A stretch of 64,000 nt of DNA, from NCBI GenBank assembly GCA_964252035.1, contig OZ176208.1, one strand, 5' to 3'. The translations under genes were made by a program, and so were the position numbers. Below are positions 11,255-24,783 of this stretch, piece by piece (within the stretch, counting starts at the first letter, position 1; every line of letters starts with the position of its first letter). The stretch is from Podarcis erhardii. Lineage: Eukaryota. The notes under the pieces are model-generated. The model saw only the letters and a program-made list of their open reading frames with translations. It was not told the DNA's origin and ran no database searches.

Positions 11255-12015
11255 TGTCGAGACCCTGAAGCCACCACCTTGTCGATGAATGAGACACAAG
11301 GACATGGATATTAGGTTAATGTTGTTGGGCAAATTTAGGCTACAACTTTATTGGTTACAGAATGTGAGTCGTATTGGCTTAGGCATTAGAACTGACCCAA
11401 CTATATCTGACTCCTGCCTGTCATGCAGGGATGGGTCAACCAGCGGTAGGGGGAGCCCCATTGATACAAACCAACTCGAGCTCCCCCAGGGTTCCTGATG
11501 GCATTGCGGCATAGCCTTGTCCAGATCTGGACTTTGGACAAGATCCACACCCCCGGATTCCTTTAACGGAATACCCTTAAGCTTGGAGGGGCAGGTAATG
11601 GCCACAACCAATCAACCAATCAACCAATCAACCAACCAACTAACCAATCAACCAATGCCTAATTGCCAAACCTTACAAAGTTGTGATGATTGCTTTGAGG
11701 TAGGCGAAAACCAAATGGCCCATGCCAATCTACCAAGTGGAAGAATTCCTACCAGGCCCCTCAATGGTGACCAACCGCGGTCCATTGTAAGACCATATCT
11801 AAACCTGCAAATTAGGGAGGGCGGGCGGGAGACTGAGGAAGCGAGCTGAGAGGAAGCTCTCCGGCTCGTGCCTCAGTTTAAATGGGGCCTGGCCACACCT
11901 CCCCTGCCAGCGGATTGGCTGGCTGGATGATGATGTAGCCGGGAGCTTCCGGGTGACGCGGGACTCTGTCCCCCACCCCTGGAGGGGAGTGGGTGGCCAT
12001 GTGGTCCACCACAAC
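11255..12015 (-). mobile_element. Probable ERV/LTR-retrotransposon solo LTR (boundaries approximate)
   Basis: CpG-rich island in AT-rich DNA. Minus-strand AATAAA (plus ACTTTATT, about 11345), CCAAT-repeat array and TG/CA-like ends. No clean TSD found. Confidence 0.55.
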
Positions 12016-12310
12016 TCCTCCCCACTGTGAAGTGGAGCGGATTAAGCACATAGTGGGAATAGGAGGGTCAGCATGAAGATATGGAAGGAGGCCACTTCAA
12101 CAACTCAGTAGGATCCTTCAAACTGTGTGGGTTTAGTCCTACTTGCAGCTTAAAGAAACTTGTGGTGTGGTAGGTTGAGTGGAAAGAGTTGGCCTAAGGA
12201 GAAGTGGATATTTCCCCCATTGAATTCATCCTACTTAAGATGACTTTGGGAGCTAAAGGTGAATGGAAGAAAGACTTCTGTACTCATTTGACCATGGCTA
12301 CAGTATTTTA

Positions 12311-12669
12311 AAGGGACGTGGGTGGCGCTGTGGGTTAAACCACAGAGCCTAGGACTTGCTGATCAGAAGGTCGGCGGTTTGAATCCCTGTGACGAGGTGA
12401 GCTCCTGTTGCTCGGTCCCTGCTCCTGCCAACCTAGCAGTTCGAAAGCACATGAAAGTGCAAGTAGATAAATAGGTACCGCTCCGGTGGGAAGGTAAACG
12501 GCGTTTCCGTGCACTGCTCTGGTTCGCCAGAAGTGGCTTAGTCATGCTGGCCACATGACCCGGAAGCTGTACGCCGGCTCCCTTGGCCAATAAAGTGAGA
12601 TGAGTGCCGCAACCCCAGAGTCGGTCACGACTAGACCTAATAGTCAGGGGTCCCTTTACCTTTACCTTT
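12311..12669 (+). mobile_element. Sauria SINE (Squam1/POM type), full length
   Basis: gggacgtgggtggcgctgtgggttaaacc... tRNA head and (acctt)n tail. TSD TACAGTATTTTA at 12299-12310 and 12670-12681. Confidence 0.95.
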
Positions 12670-13424
12670 TACAGTATTTTAGGTGTTTGAACACCATGGG
12701 ACCACGAGAGGAACATGTCTTGCTGCTTTCATCCCCTGACCTCAGTGCAAGACTCCTACAGCATCCTTGAGTTTGAAGGAGACAAGAAACATCTGTTCAC
12801 AAAGAGCTGGACAGCTTCAGCCGCCACTGCGTCTCTACTTAAGTAAAGGAATGGCTGAGGCAGCACATGGTCCTGGAGCCAACTCCATGGAGCCGGGAAG
12901 CATGTGTTTGAGTGTTAGTTTGTTCTGAGTGTAACTAGAAAGCACAAGTCTGAGCAGTTTTGCCTTTTTGCCTCCCTCGTTTCGCTGCAAAACTCTTCTT
13001 TAGTGCTAAATTGGAGCAAACGTCAGTCTAGAGAAAACCCGATTGACATTTGCTCTGATTCAGAGATAAACAGCAGGCTTTCTCAGGGGAAAGCAGCAGG
13101 GCAAGCTAGAGATGGTAAAAGAAAGGAGGGTGGGATACTCCTGCCCTTCCACTCCAACATGATAGTTTGTCATTGGATTCACACTTGTATCAATATAGAG
13201 ACATTCCAAGCTCCATTGCTATTGCTTCCCTAAATTCTCTCATATGAGGTTTTCCTCATCAAAGCATGATACAATAAACCATTGAAACAAAAACAAGCCC
13301 AAATATATCCTTGACTTAGTTTGTGGAAGCATGGAAAGACTGGCAACATTTTTTATTTTTGTTATTACTTCAATATTCCCCCCCCCCCTTTCCTTCAAGC
13401 AACTCAAAGTGACATGTACACGTC

Positions 13425-13545
13425 TCCCCTTTATCCTGTGATGTAGGTTAGGCTGAAAGAAAGTGACAGGCCCAAGGTCACCCGGTGAGCTTCATGGCTG
13501 AGTGGGGGTTCAAACACTGGTCTCCCAGGTCCAACACCAACCTAC
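13425..13545 (-). mobile_element. Older MIR/Ther1-like CORE SINE
   Basis: cctgtgatgtaggttaggctgaaag..gcccaaggtcacccggtgagcttcatggctgag, the reverse of the same family. Confidence 0.7.
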
Positions 13546-14927
13546 CAAAAATCAAAATTGATCAAGATCTGGTTGAAACCCATATTATCTCTTCCTTCAT
13601 TGTTTTTCACACTCTTCCAGATACTGCAGAGTAGAATCTGCATTGGATTCAAAACAAAACAGAGGCAAAGCTTGTGTGTGTTTGCATGTTCTCTTTATCT
13701 CTCCCCTCCCCCCAAAGTTCACATGGACTGCAATTTCCTTCTCGTCCTCTAGGTATCGCTTGATTATTTTAACTGCCTTGTTTATACGGTATAGCTGCAG
13801 ATAGATGCTGCAATGTGAGGTGAAAGACTGTTGTGGACAGAGAAAGCTGCTTAACTGTTTTGCTTTGATTTTCTTCTGAAAATCGCCTCCATTACTTTCA
13901 TCTGCACATGGGAAAAAGATTCAAGTACAGCTGCCTCATCACTTCTCCACCCCCATTTCCCTCCACAAATTGCAGTCCTGGGTGCTGCATTGTATACATT
14001 AAAAGAAACCTAGATCTCAGAACAGATTTGTGGAACTACGTGCAACATGCACCTTTGTTTTTTTTGGAACTGCTGTTTAAATAAATGTTTCTGGCACTTA
14101 CATTTTTGGAAATAATTTCAAAGGACCTTGTCAAAGGCTGCAGCATTCAAGGAACAGTGCCTGGTTAAACTTTTTTTAAAAAAAGAGAATTAAAATGTTT
14201 ACTATTGTTACTGCAATGCATCACAGTAAGCAAAGGGTAAGAATATGTTTGTGCATACAACTGACCTTTACAACATTTTGCTATGTCACTTTGACCTTGA
14301 GATATTTATTTCTAGAACATATCCTATGGATAATTACATTTCAGAAATAGTAAAGTATCATTGATGTTTCTTTAGCCCTTAGGCTTTCTAACATAATTTG
14401 GTCTAGGAATAAAGTGGTATGTTTGAGGCATGGCCTTTACTGATTCCATCTGAAAACAGAGGTTTACAAGAGGGAACTGAAGAGGATGTTTGCAAAAATA
14501 ATTTAGCTCTTGACATTGACCTTGTCCATGTCAGGGAAATAAGGGCTTGTCCATTAGGGAATGAAGTGCCACTATGGTGTGCAGAAACCTAGCTGTTACC
14601 AAGTACAGTCAATATTACTTATGCCATATTATAAAATCTATCACAGTGAATCTTCTAGTACTCCTGGCATTTCTTCATTACTTCTAGTTAATGAAAATCC
14701 GTAAAATGTGGAGTAGTGTAGGAGATGAGTAATCTTTTTAAAGTAGAGCAGATCCACTAAGCCAGCTACATTTTCATAGTGCTACCATTTCCTTTTTATG
14801 TGTGGGGAAGATGCAAGAACTGAGCAGCTCAGAAGGAAGTCAAAGCACATCTTGTCTGCTCTTAAATAGGAGAGCTGTTTGGCTAATTCAGTGAGGAGCA
14901 TTAGACTAGTAGAGACAATTTCCTGTT

Positions 14928-14928
<1 letters not shown>

Positions 14929-14976
<48 letters not shown>

Positions 14977-15150
14977 TTATTACTTATACGCCACCCATCT
15001 GGCTGGGTTTCCCCAGGCACTCTGGGCGGCTTCCAACAGGAGATTAAAAATACATTAAAACATCAGCCATTTTTTTTAAAAAAAACTTCCCTAAACAGGG
15101 CTGGAACTAGTTTGGTTTGGAACCAGCTTACCTTAAAGGACTGCCTTCTC
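14929..15150 (-). mobile_element. L2-type 3' end with (ATT)n tail
   Basis: A (AAT)n run at about 14929-14973 is followed by tttattacttatacgccacccatctggctgggtttccccaggcactctgggcggc, the lizard L2-type 3' end in reverse. Confidence 0.65.
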
Positions 15151-15163
15151 CTATAGCCTTTCC

Positions 15164-15298
15164 CAGTGCTATTTTTTCTAGAAAAAAGGGTGCTGGCACT
15201 CACCACGAACACTTCCTTAATTCTCTTAGAGTTGCAATGGTGCCCACCTGAGAGGTGCTGGTACTGAGTTCTGGTGAGATCCGGCTGAAAAAGAGCCC
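15164..15298. mobile_element. hAT MITE (same family as 17930-18067)
   Basis: Homologous sequence (cccacctgagaggtgc.gg.actgagtt). Right end eroded. Confidence 0.8.
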
Positions 15299-15354
15299 CC
15301 TTTCCCCATGAGTGTGTTTACTGACATCACCCTCGTTGGTGCATTCATCTAAGA

Positions 15355-15489
15355 AAGGCATAGCAAACTCAGCCCTCCAGATGTTTTGAGACTACAATTC
15401 CCATCATCCACGACCACTGGTCCTGTTAGCTAGGGGTGATGGGAGTTGTAGTCCCAAAACATCTGGAAGGCCAAGTTTGCCTATGCCTG
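15355..15489. mobile_element. hAT MITE (palindromic, actacaattcccatc/gatgggagttgtagt type)
   Basis: aggcatagcaaac...gtttgcctatgcctg TIRs. TSD-like ATCTAAGA and ATCAAAGA. Degraded relatives at about 5610-5710, 25900-26010 and 59360-59440. Confidence 0.8.
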
Positions 15490-16208
15490 ATCAAAGACCT
15501 GTATAGAGGAGAACCATTGAAATTCATGTTAGTCCTGTCTATTAACGTCAGTGGGTCTACTCCAAGCTTTGACTACTGCCTCCTGCTTTGAGTTTGCTTT
15601 CAGAGGTCAGGTGGATGGCAACAGGAGATAGGGTCTTTTCAGTGATGGTGTTCTGTCCAATGTGCTTTGAACAGAGACCTAGTTGGCACAATCAGACATC
15701 ATTTTGGGCACCAAATTAGGGGGGAAATCCTGTTCTCTTGCACATTTCTTCCAATTTGTTTTATGACTTTGCTACTGCTGGTTTCTTTCTTGTTTTTGAT
15801 TTTTGTGCTGTTGCAGGTTACAGATTTTATTTTATTGCCTCCCCCCCCCCAAAAAAAGTAAGCTACTTTGGTCACTGATGTGGGAAGGCAGGATAAGAAT
15901 GTTTTAAAAGAAATAATATTTTATTTTTAGGACATCCAATTCAGTACATGTCAGAGCAAAGAAACAAGCCAAACAGCAGCTCCCTTCCAGCATTGCTTGC
16001 CTGAAGGGGCGCTGTGTGATGAAAAGGGCTGGTGTCTCCAACTGTTGACAAATACGGTAGTTCCCTGAGCCCCACCTCTACATTGTTGTGAAGGCTTTTG
16101 TGTCTAAGTGTCCACACTGACACATGGAGAGCTGGGCTGGGGGAGCTGTGTGCCAGGGATGAACTCATAGCTCCTTTTAATCAAGTGGTGCCCTTTCATG
16201 AGGGTAAT

Positions 16209-16456
16209 GAAGAAGAAGAGTTTGGATTTGATATCCTCTTTATCACTGCCCAAAGGAGTATCAAAGCGGCTAACATTCTCCTTTCCCTTCCTCCCCTACA
16301 ACAAACACTCTGTGAGGTGAGTAGGGCTGAGAGACTTCAGAGAAGTGTGACTAGCCCAAGGTCACCCAGCAGCTGCATGTGGAGGAGCGGAGACGCGAAC
16401 CCGGTTCACCAGATTACGAGTCTACCGCTCTTAACCACTACACCACACTGGCTCTC
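16209..16456 (-). mobile_element. Squam3-type (Ther1/MIR-derived) tRNA SINE
   Basis: Reverse complement GAGAGCCAGTGTGGTGTAGTGGTTAAGAGCGGTAGACTCGTAATCTGG...GGTGACCTTGGGC...GATATCAAATCCAAACTCTTCTTCTTC. Confidence 0.9.
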
Positions 16457-16467
16457 TTCTGAATGAA

Positions 16468-16630
16468 TGAAGGGGTAGTAGTTAGAGTGTTGGACAAGGA
16501 CCTGGGAGGCCAGGGTCCGAATCCATGCTCAGCCATGAAGCTCACTGAGTGACCTTGGGCCAGTTGCCATTTCTCAGCCTAACCTACTTCACAAGGTTGT
16601 TGTGAGGATAAAACGGGGAAGGGTACCACA
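16468..16630 (+). mobile_element. Older MIR/Ther1-like CORE SINE
   Basis: gtagtagttagagtgttggac...gagtgaccttgggccagtt...ctcagcctaacctacttcacaaggttgttgtgaggataaaa. Confidence 0.75.
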
Positions 16631-16803
16631 TGAACCAGCTTGAGCTCCTCGGGATAAAAGGTGATATGTAAATACAATAAAAATAATACATGCCCACTGT
16701 GGTATGCTGAAATAAGGCAGAAGAATACTTTCTTTTTGAGTTCCAGATACAATTTTAAAACTGCAAATACAAGGGTTTTTTTTAATCAAGTCTTTTTCTA
16801 TTA

Positions 16804-17034
16804 CAGTGGTACCACGGGTTAAGAACTTAATTCGTTCTGGAGGTCCGTTCTTAACCTGAAACTCTTCTTAATCTGAGGTACCACTTTAGCTAATGGGGCC
16901 TCCCACTGCCACCATGCAATTTCTGTTCTCATCCTGAAGCAAAGTTCTTAACCCAAGGTACTATTTCTGGGTTAGCGGAGTCTGTAACCTGATGCATCTG
17001 TAACCTGAAGCGTCTGTAACCCAAGGTACCACTG
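16804..17034. mobile_element. Tigger/pogo-like MITE family 1
   Basis: ta|cagtggtacc...ggtaccactg|ta. Confidence 0.95.
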
Positions 17035-17929
17035 TATCATTAATATTATTTTCTATATCACTTTCATGCCAAAATGGCTTCTTAGTGGTTATGGAAGAAA
17101 CCTATGCCTGTAGAAGCAATTGATAAGGTTATCCTGGCTTATAAATGAAGGATAATACATTTCTGGCTGCAGAGGTAAGGGTTAATTGGTACTTCAGGTA
17201 GTAAGTTTTTAAAGTGATCAGTACTGATGAATTTGTTTGTTCTCCCCGCTCCCTGCTTATTCCTCCCATATGTGATAAGGAATTCTTTTAAAATTGGGAC
17301 TGTCATTGCCCGTTAACATTGTATTGTTACTGCAGAGACACAGTTAAAATGATTTATGGCTTTGCCTTAATATAATGGCATGGAGACACTGTTTTTCCAG
17401 ATTTATTTGTTTGACAGTTGTGTTCTCAGGAGCAGTATTATCTTTTTAATTAGAAAGTAGGTATGTAGATATTTGTGAGCTTTGAACAGTGGCATGTGCA
17501 GTTACTAGATGAACTTGGAGTGGAAAAAAATAGCTTTTTAGCAATTAATATAGCACTGATATCAAATCACAGATTTCTCATTTCATTCTTTCTTTCTTCC
17601 ATGTCTTCCCCAACTAAAGCTTGTGGGGCATGTGAAACTAGTCTTTTGGGGTGTGCCATACTGATATGAAGGAAGCTTGCCTTTTATCTCTTCGAGTTTA
17701 TTCATTTTTAATTCTTGGGGCTTAGTACAGCTGTAGAATTGATAGACCTGCCTGTTACAGTGCCGCGGATGCCACATAATTGTTTGCTAAAAGCTCCTTT
17801 CATGGGTAGAACAGACAGTCTCTGAATGAAGGGCAGTATTCACAAGTGACAAGATGAACTGAACTGAGTGCATATACCAGGACTGAAAGTGAACATGCAC
17901 AGCACATTTGTTTTGGGAATGGTAGCATC

Positions 17930-18067
17930 CAGTGCTATTTTTTCTAGAAAAAGAAGTGCCGGAGGTCACCAAGAACTTCTCCCTTGTTCTCTTAGAATGG
18001 CAGTGGCACCCACCTGAGAGGTGCAGGAACTGAGTTCCATGTGAGTTCTCCCTGAAAAAAAGCCCTG
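17930..18067. mobile_element. hAT MITE
   Basis: cagtgctatttttt...aaaaaaagccctg termini. 8-bp TSD GTAGCATC and GTAACATC. Confidence 0.85.
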
Positions 18068-18106
18068 GTAACATCATAAACCATTCCTGGCAAGGCCTCC
18101 TAATTT

Positions 18107-18270
18107 GGAACATACCAAGTCAGTCTATTGGTCTATTGAGCTCAGTATTGCCCGACTTTGATGGCAATAGTTCCCATGTATTCCTCGCCCTACCTGGGGA
18201 TGCTGAGGATGAACCTGCGGCTTTCTACATCCACAGCAGATGCTCTACAACTGAGCTATGGCTCTCTCCC
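18107..18270 (-). mobile_element. tRNA(Ala-like)-headed SINE with CR1-type tail
   Basis: Reverse complement gggagagagccatagctcagttgtagagcatctgc...aatactgagctcaatagaccaatagactgacttggtatgttcc. Confidence 0.7.
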
Positions 18271-20118
18271 ATTGTCATGCAAGACAGAAGAGTAGGTCCC
18301 TTATGTTATGTCTTCTGCACACTCTGTATTCCAGGAGGGCTTCTATGCAGATGACCCTGAGCTGTGTTCCTGAGCTGTGGCTTCTCAGGCTCCCAGTGTG
18401 TTGTGAGCACAGGAAGGCCCTGGGAAAATGCAGGTATCTTTTCCTTAGGGCACTCTTACAGTGAGTGTGGCAAGTCAGCTGTGCAAACTGCAACAACCAC
18501 CTGCAATAAACTGTGTCGGATCTGTCTACCATGAATAGACATCTTCTAGTGAGTTCACTAGTGTGGCCAAAAGATAGGACAGGCACCATGGAAGAAGAAG
18601 ACACAAATCTGCATATTTTAATTTATGCATGAAAATGCAAAATTATTAGAATTCAAATTTCCTCAAGGAAGCCATTTATTTCTACATTAAAACAATCCCA
18701 AATAAATAATTCAGTAAATTTTCACCGTACCTCAGACCACCCAAATCAGCTCTTGCATTAATTCATCCATTGCCCCAATTAATTTCTCACCCAGATGATC
18801 CTGCTCCAAAATCCATTTATGTTGACTGATTAATGGAGTAATTAATTCAACACACCATTACTCCTGCTCCTTAAATTCGAAACAAATAGTGTGCTGTGGC
18901 AGTGGTTCATGGTGCTCTCTCAGTGGATGGGTGGAATTCGCACTATGAGATGAAGTAGCCATTGCTGATTTTTCATTTCTCTTCTCTCTCCGCCTCTCAC
19001 CTGAGCTATAGGCTTGTACCAATGCTGTGTATGCACAAACTCAAACTTCAACATGCTCCTAAGAAGGAAATACCATTCTTTTCTGCTTCTTTTTCAAGGA
19101 CAGCATATTGAAAAAGAAACAACTGGTTAGGGTTATCTATCCTCTTTTCTGTATGCTGTTTCTGGAAAAGAAGTGGAAATGATGCTGTTTTTCCTCCCAT
19201 TTCATGGACATTTTTGAGGTTTTAGTTGGTGCTTCAGCAGCAGCAAGAAAGCAGTGGCAGCTCAAATGCTGCTAGCTGGATTAGGGGCCTCTGTGTGTGT
19301 CCTTTTTATTGTACATTTATGATTAATTGTGCTCATGATGGTATTGGGGTTGATAAATATGATCACACTTTCAATACTGTTTGCTCCTGCTTCGCAAACA
19401 TTGCTTCCTTTCCAGTCAGTGTGGATCCTACAACTTCCTGTTGAAATTTCCATACCATAAGCACCCTGGGATTTTTTTGGTCTCACTTCCATTGTTCTAT
19501 AGCACAGCAGTCCTCCTCCAGATGTCAATAATAATAAAACTCTGGGGAACATCACAGAACTAATGAAATGGAATGATGGGTCGTCCAGTGTAACCCACCA
19601 CTTAATGCATCATTATTGTGTCAATGACACATCGCAGATTTCACCTGCAAAAAACACTAGCCTAGAGGGGGCCCAGGTTTAAAGCAAAGACTGCCCACAA
19701 TGTTATCACCCTGCACGTCTACTGTGTGCTACCAGACAAATGGAGACATGGCACAGTTCCAGGCAGCCATTGACATACTGGGCTGTTGGGAAAGAAAGAC
19801 GACACTTGGCTACTCAATGAGAGCATCTGGATGAGCACTTAGGGCCAGATTAAATGCAAATTCATGTAACCATAACCTGATGGCTTTTTTGTAGATGAGG
19901 TAAGAAAAGTTTCTTCATAAGAGATGATGGGGTAAACATGAATTTCTGGTGTGGGGGTTTATGAAGCGCCCCTCCTCGTTGCTTCTCTGCTGTAATCACC
20001 CAACTCATGAAGAAGCTTTTTCTGGGATGGAAGAGAGAGATGTCCAACTACCCTCATGCACATTGTGCTGCAACGTACAGTGGTTTGCCATGAGCAAACT
20101 TTACTGGCACACAATGTA

Positions 20119-20345
20119 CAGTGGCACCTCGGGTTAAGTACTTAATTTGTTCCGGAGGTCTGTTCTTAACCTGAAACTGTTCTTAACCTGAAGCACCACT
20201 TTAGCTAATGGGGCCTCCTGCTGCTGCCACGCTGCCGGAGCACGATTACTGTTCTCATCCTGAAGCAAAGTTCTTAACCTGAGGTACTATTTCTGGGTTA
20301 GCAGAGTCTGTAACCTGAAGCGTATGTAACTCGAGGTACCACCAG
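20119..20345. mobile_element. Tigger/pogo-like MITE family 1
   Basis: ta|cagtggcacctcggg...gaggtaccaccag|ta. Confidence 0.9.
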
Positions 20346-21158
20346 TATAGCTGGTACATTTCAGGGAGTGGCCGATAACAGTATTTCTTGTCTTGCAGCA
20401 GCAGAAGAGCTGCTGTAAACTTTAGTGGAGAGGAGAGAAAGTTTATATCCACAGTAATAAAGCATCAAAAATTGAGGCCATAAACAATGATTGCACTCTG
20501 TAGTAAACTGAAAAGACACTGAAAACTTTCATTTCATGCTGTAGTACCCAGAAATGGGCAGTAAACAATGTGTCCCTAGCTAACTGTGGGGGGTTAGTTG
20601 TTGTTTTTTCTTCTAGATGTGTGTCCAAATATTGATGAGTTGTAAGAGTTGAAAATCCCCTCTCCCCTACACCTTAAGACACTAGTTCCAGAAAATAGGC
20701 TTTGAAAAAATATTGTCATGGAGAGCATTAACCCCACCTCCATTTTGAGCATTACTGCTGTAATTTCTTGAAACTGCAACATCATCGCTGCAAAACAACA
20801 CAGTTCCCAGAGGTTAGTTCTATGGCCGTTGTTTAACATGAAGGGGAAATGAAACACCATAAAATTTACTCTTCTACTATTACCGATATAGATAGCCCCT
20901 GCCTGCTTTAGAGCTGTTGCTTTGATTGTTTGTCAGCATTGTAGGCTAGGCCATGCTGCTTTATCCATAGAAGAAGACATTTAGTAAAATTGTATTTGAG
21001 AACAACATGAGGCATTTTACTCATTCAGTACAAGGGAGAACAAGTTTAAAATAGAACAGTTGGGCTATGCTAATAACCCTATTATTATTATTAACAATAA
21101 TAATTAAAAAAAAATATGAAAGGGCAACAGGTCCGTTCCCCCGATAAGCATTGCCCTT

Positions 21159-21410
21159 GAAGAAGAAGAAGAGTTTGGATTTGATATCCCGCTTTATCAC
21201 TACCCAAAGGAGTCTCAAAGTGGCTAACATTCTCCTTTCCCTTCCTCCCCCACAACAAACACTCTGTGAGGTGAGTGGGGCTGAGAGACTTCAGAGAAGT
21301 GTGACTGGCCCAAGGTCACCCAGCAGCTGCATGTGGAGGAGCGGAGACACGAACCCGGTTCCCCAGATTACGAGACTACCCCTCTTAACCACTACACCAC
21401 ACTGGCTCTC
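21159..21410 (-). mobile_element. Squam3-type tRNA SINE
   Basis: Near-identical to 16209-16456. Confidence 0.9.
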
Positions 21411-24400
21411 CTTGTCCTTCTTTCTCCCTGCACTGACTTTCTACCCCCATGACTTGATTGCTACTTCAGATGCTCTGACCCTTCTGCATTTAGCTTTCCT
21501 TTTATTTATTTGGACAGTTGAATTGAAAATGAGACAAACATATGGAATATAAATGAGAGATAGGGAGGGGGTGGAGAAAGAGCGTGTAATGCGGATTGAA
21601 CAGGTAAAGTTGTATTTAATATAAACTGACAATGAAACAAACGTAAATAGAAAATTAAGAAAAGTGATGGTAACACCTTTAGCCATCAGAAGAAGTGACA
21701 AATTGCTATTGACAGCATTGCAACAGAGTCATCTCAACAGCTCTAAATTTTGGGAACGATCTCCTCACCGAGGTGTGTCTTCTCACCTCATTGTTATATT
21801 CTTTCAAGAAGCAGAGAAAGACATGCCTCTTTCTCCAGGCATTTGGAGGGAAGGTGGCAGGATTCACTGAGGTCAGTTTGCTTCTATTTTATGCTATCTT
21901 CTCTTTTTTTAGTTAAGGATGAGGATATTTCTACTGATTTTCAGAAATATATATTGGTGCATTTTAATTTGTTGTACACCATTCTGTGAGCATATGGCAA
22001 ATGGTGTATATAAAGATCCAATAAATAAATGGAACTTCCAGGAAGCTTTTGCTTATTTTTGTAATGTGTGTTGCAATTTCTCTTCTTCTCCCGCTTGTGT
22101 TTGGTACATCATACCACTACATAACACAGGAGCAAACCAAAGATATGTGTATTATACTGTTACATGTCTTAAATTCCCCTTTGGTTGTCTTCATATGTTT
22201 GAATGTTGTGATCTAGGGCTTTAAGTGTGCTAGATCAGGCACCAGCTTCCTTTATGAAGGATATTCATCTGCAGTCAAACCCACATGCTGTTCTGAAGCT
22301 TAGAAAATCCTATGCCAAGATTACTCCTTTCTTCAATAAGTGGAAGGAAGTCTTAATTTTCATCAGTTTCTCTGAACATAATCTTACTGGACTGTAGAAG
22401 ACACTCTAAAATTTTGTACTTTGTCTCCATTAACATGACAAGCTACTCCATATCTTCTGGCAATTTAAATAGATCACAATCAAACCATAGCATTTTAAAA
22501 TGTTCAGTAATCTCACAGCTTGCCTAACATTTTTAATTTTATGTATGCTTTGACCATTTAAAAGGTTTCTTCTTAATGCAGCTGGAAATAGTTTTAGCTG
22601 TTTACATTTTTATCTTAATCTTGAAGTAGTGAAGAGCTACATATTAATATCATTTGTAGCTCATCTGTGGTTGTACGGCTGAGAGGAAAGCACTAAGGGT
22701 CATTGTGAGGACTCAGGTTTTTACCTTTATTCAGGGCACCTGGCATGATTTGAAGCACCTGGCTTGCATATTCCAAACTGTGTTGTCTGAACTCTAACTG
22801 GCCAAGAATTAGGTAGGTGTTTTGTTACTAGGGTGGTAATTATATTGCACCAGTTGTTTGCTGCATGTATGAACAGAAATTGGACATAAGGATAAGTCAT
22901 GTGTTGTTTCTCTCCATTTGGAATAAATAGAAGCATATTATTTACTTTGTGTCGTTGTGACTAGGCCCAATACCTTTCAGCTGCCATTTATTGAAAGGAA
23001 CATTATCCATCATTAGCATAGGGTATTTACTTGTGTCCACAGAGAATGGATTGATTCCAATGAAAGACTTTCTGATCCGAAAGCAAAGTTAGATTGGGCA
23101 GAAAAGGATAGCTGATTCACGTGAGGTCTTGGAATGGTTTGTTTGTTTTTAAAGAAAGGAATGATTAATCTGTTTCATGCAATACGAGGACCATAATAGA
23201 CTGACCGTGAAAACCAGAACAGTTAAAACTTATGAGATACTGAGAACCTATGCAATCTAAAAAGTACATTTGCAGTAATGTTAATACCAAATATAACTGC
23301 TTTGAATTAAACCCAGTTAAGTAGAGCACTGAAACACTGAGATCTGATTCTGTGAGTGCTGAAGAGAGAGTCCAAGTATTCAGCCTGGGGAAAAAATGAA
23401 AGTTTGGAAGAATATGTTCAAAGCTTTATTTTAGTACTATGCAAATCACCATGAAAAGAGGCAGGAACATTTGATTTTGCCACTGCTGACCTCCCTGCAG
23501 CCATAGCTTTGAGCTTTTGCTTTAAAGCTGCTTCTGCTTGGCAGTCATCCTAAACCAGCAAAATGTTGTTTATTATTTATTCAAATTCTCTTATAGAAAT
23601 ATGGATCCTTAGTGGGATGCATTTTTTTATTATTTTTTGCGGTGGGGAGTGAAAGGTGATTGCTTTATAGGGAAATGGTGGTTTTATAAAGTTATGTTGC
23701 GAGAATGAGTGGCTGTGACCTAGGGTTGTATCAGTAAAGCAATGTTTGTCTGTTTTTATTAGTGGCGACAGCTGTTGATTCTGAAATTTACAAATAAAGT
23801 GTGGTGTAGCTTTAAAAAATTCAACAGCTTGCTCTAGTTTGGTTTGAGTACTCACTTACGCAACACTGTTTTTGGCTTCCACTGTGTGATTATTGTGGAT
23901 GCATCAGCGAATAAAGAGGATTGTTTGGATCTGCAGCAAAACATTACTTCACCTGATCCAACTGTGCCAGTGAGCTTTCCCATTAACAAATACAGATTGC
24001 TGGGGAACTTCAACTCTGTGGTCAGCTCAGTGCCTCCTATAATTCATGTTGCACAGCTCCTGGTATACTAAGGGTGTACGTATGTGAGGCAACCTTTCTA
24101 AGCTGAGCCAACAAACTCTGGATGTATGAGTCAGGGAAGTTCCAAGTGTGTTCCTGATCCATTTTTCTGATCCTGTTGCCTCAGTAGACTGGTCTGATGA
24201 AACCCCCTTCACTAAACTATATGGTTTCAAGTGGAAGTTTGCATAGTGCCCACAGACACTCCCATTGGCACCTGCCAAGGTTCCCTGCTCCTCCTATTTT
24301 TATTTTGTTTAACATGAGGCTTTTGCCTTTTGCAAGGGGTCATTTGTGGAGTTAGCCTTTGCAGGAGTGGCGGTTGCCTGTTTTTTTGTTCCCGTTGTAT

Positions 24401-24429
24401 GTGTTTTGTGGTGAGTTATGCCCACAACA

Positions 24430-24783
24430 GGGATGCGGGTGGCACTGTGGGTTAAACCACTGAGCCTTGGGCTTGCCGATCAGAAGGTTAACGGTTTGAA
24501 TCCCCGCAACGGGGTGAGTTCCCGTTGTTCGGTCCCAGCTCCTGCCAACCTAGCAGTTCGAAAGCACATGAAAGTGCAAGTAGATAAATAGGTACCGCTC
24601 CAGCAGGAAGGTAAACGGCGTTTCCGTGCACTGCCCTGGTTAGCCAGAAGCGGCTTAGTCATGCTGGCCACATGACCCAGAAGCTGTACGCCAGCTCCCT
24701 CAGCCAGTAAAGCGAGATGAGTGCCGCAACCCCAGAGTCGTCCGCAACTGGACCTAATGGTCAGGGTCCCTTTACCTTTAACT
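24430..24783 (+). mobile_element. Sauria SINE, full length
   Basis: Same family. 14-bp TSD TTATGCCCACAACA at 24416-24429 and 24784-24797. Confidence 0.95.
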
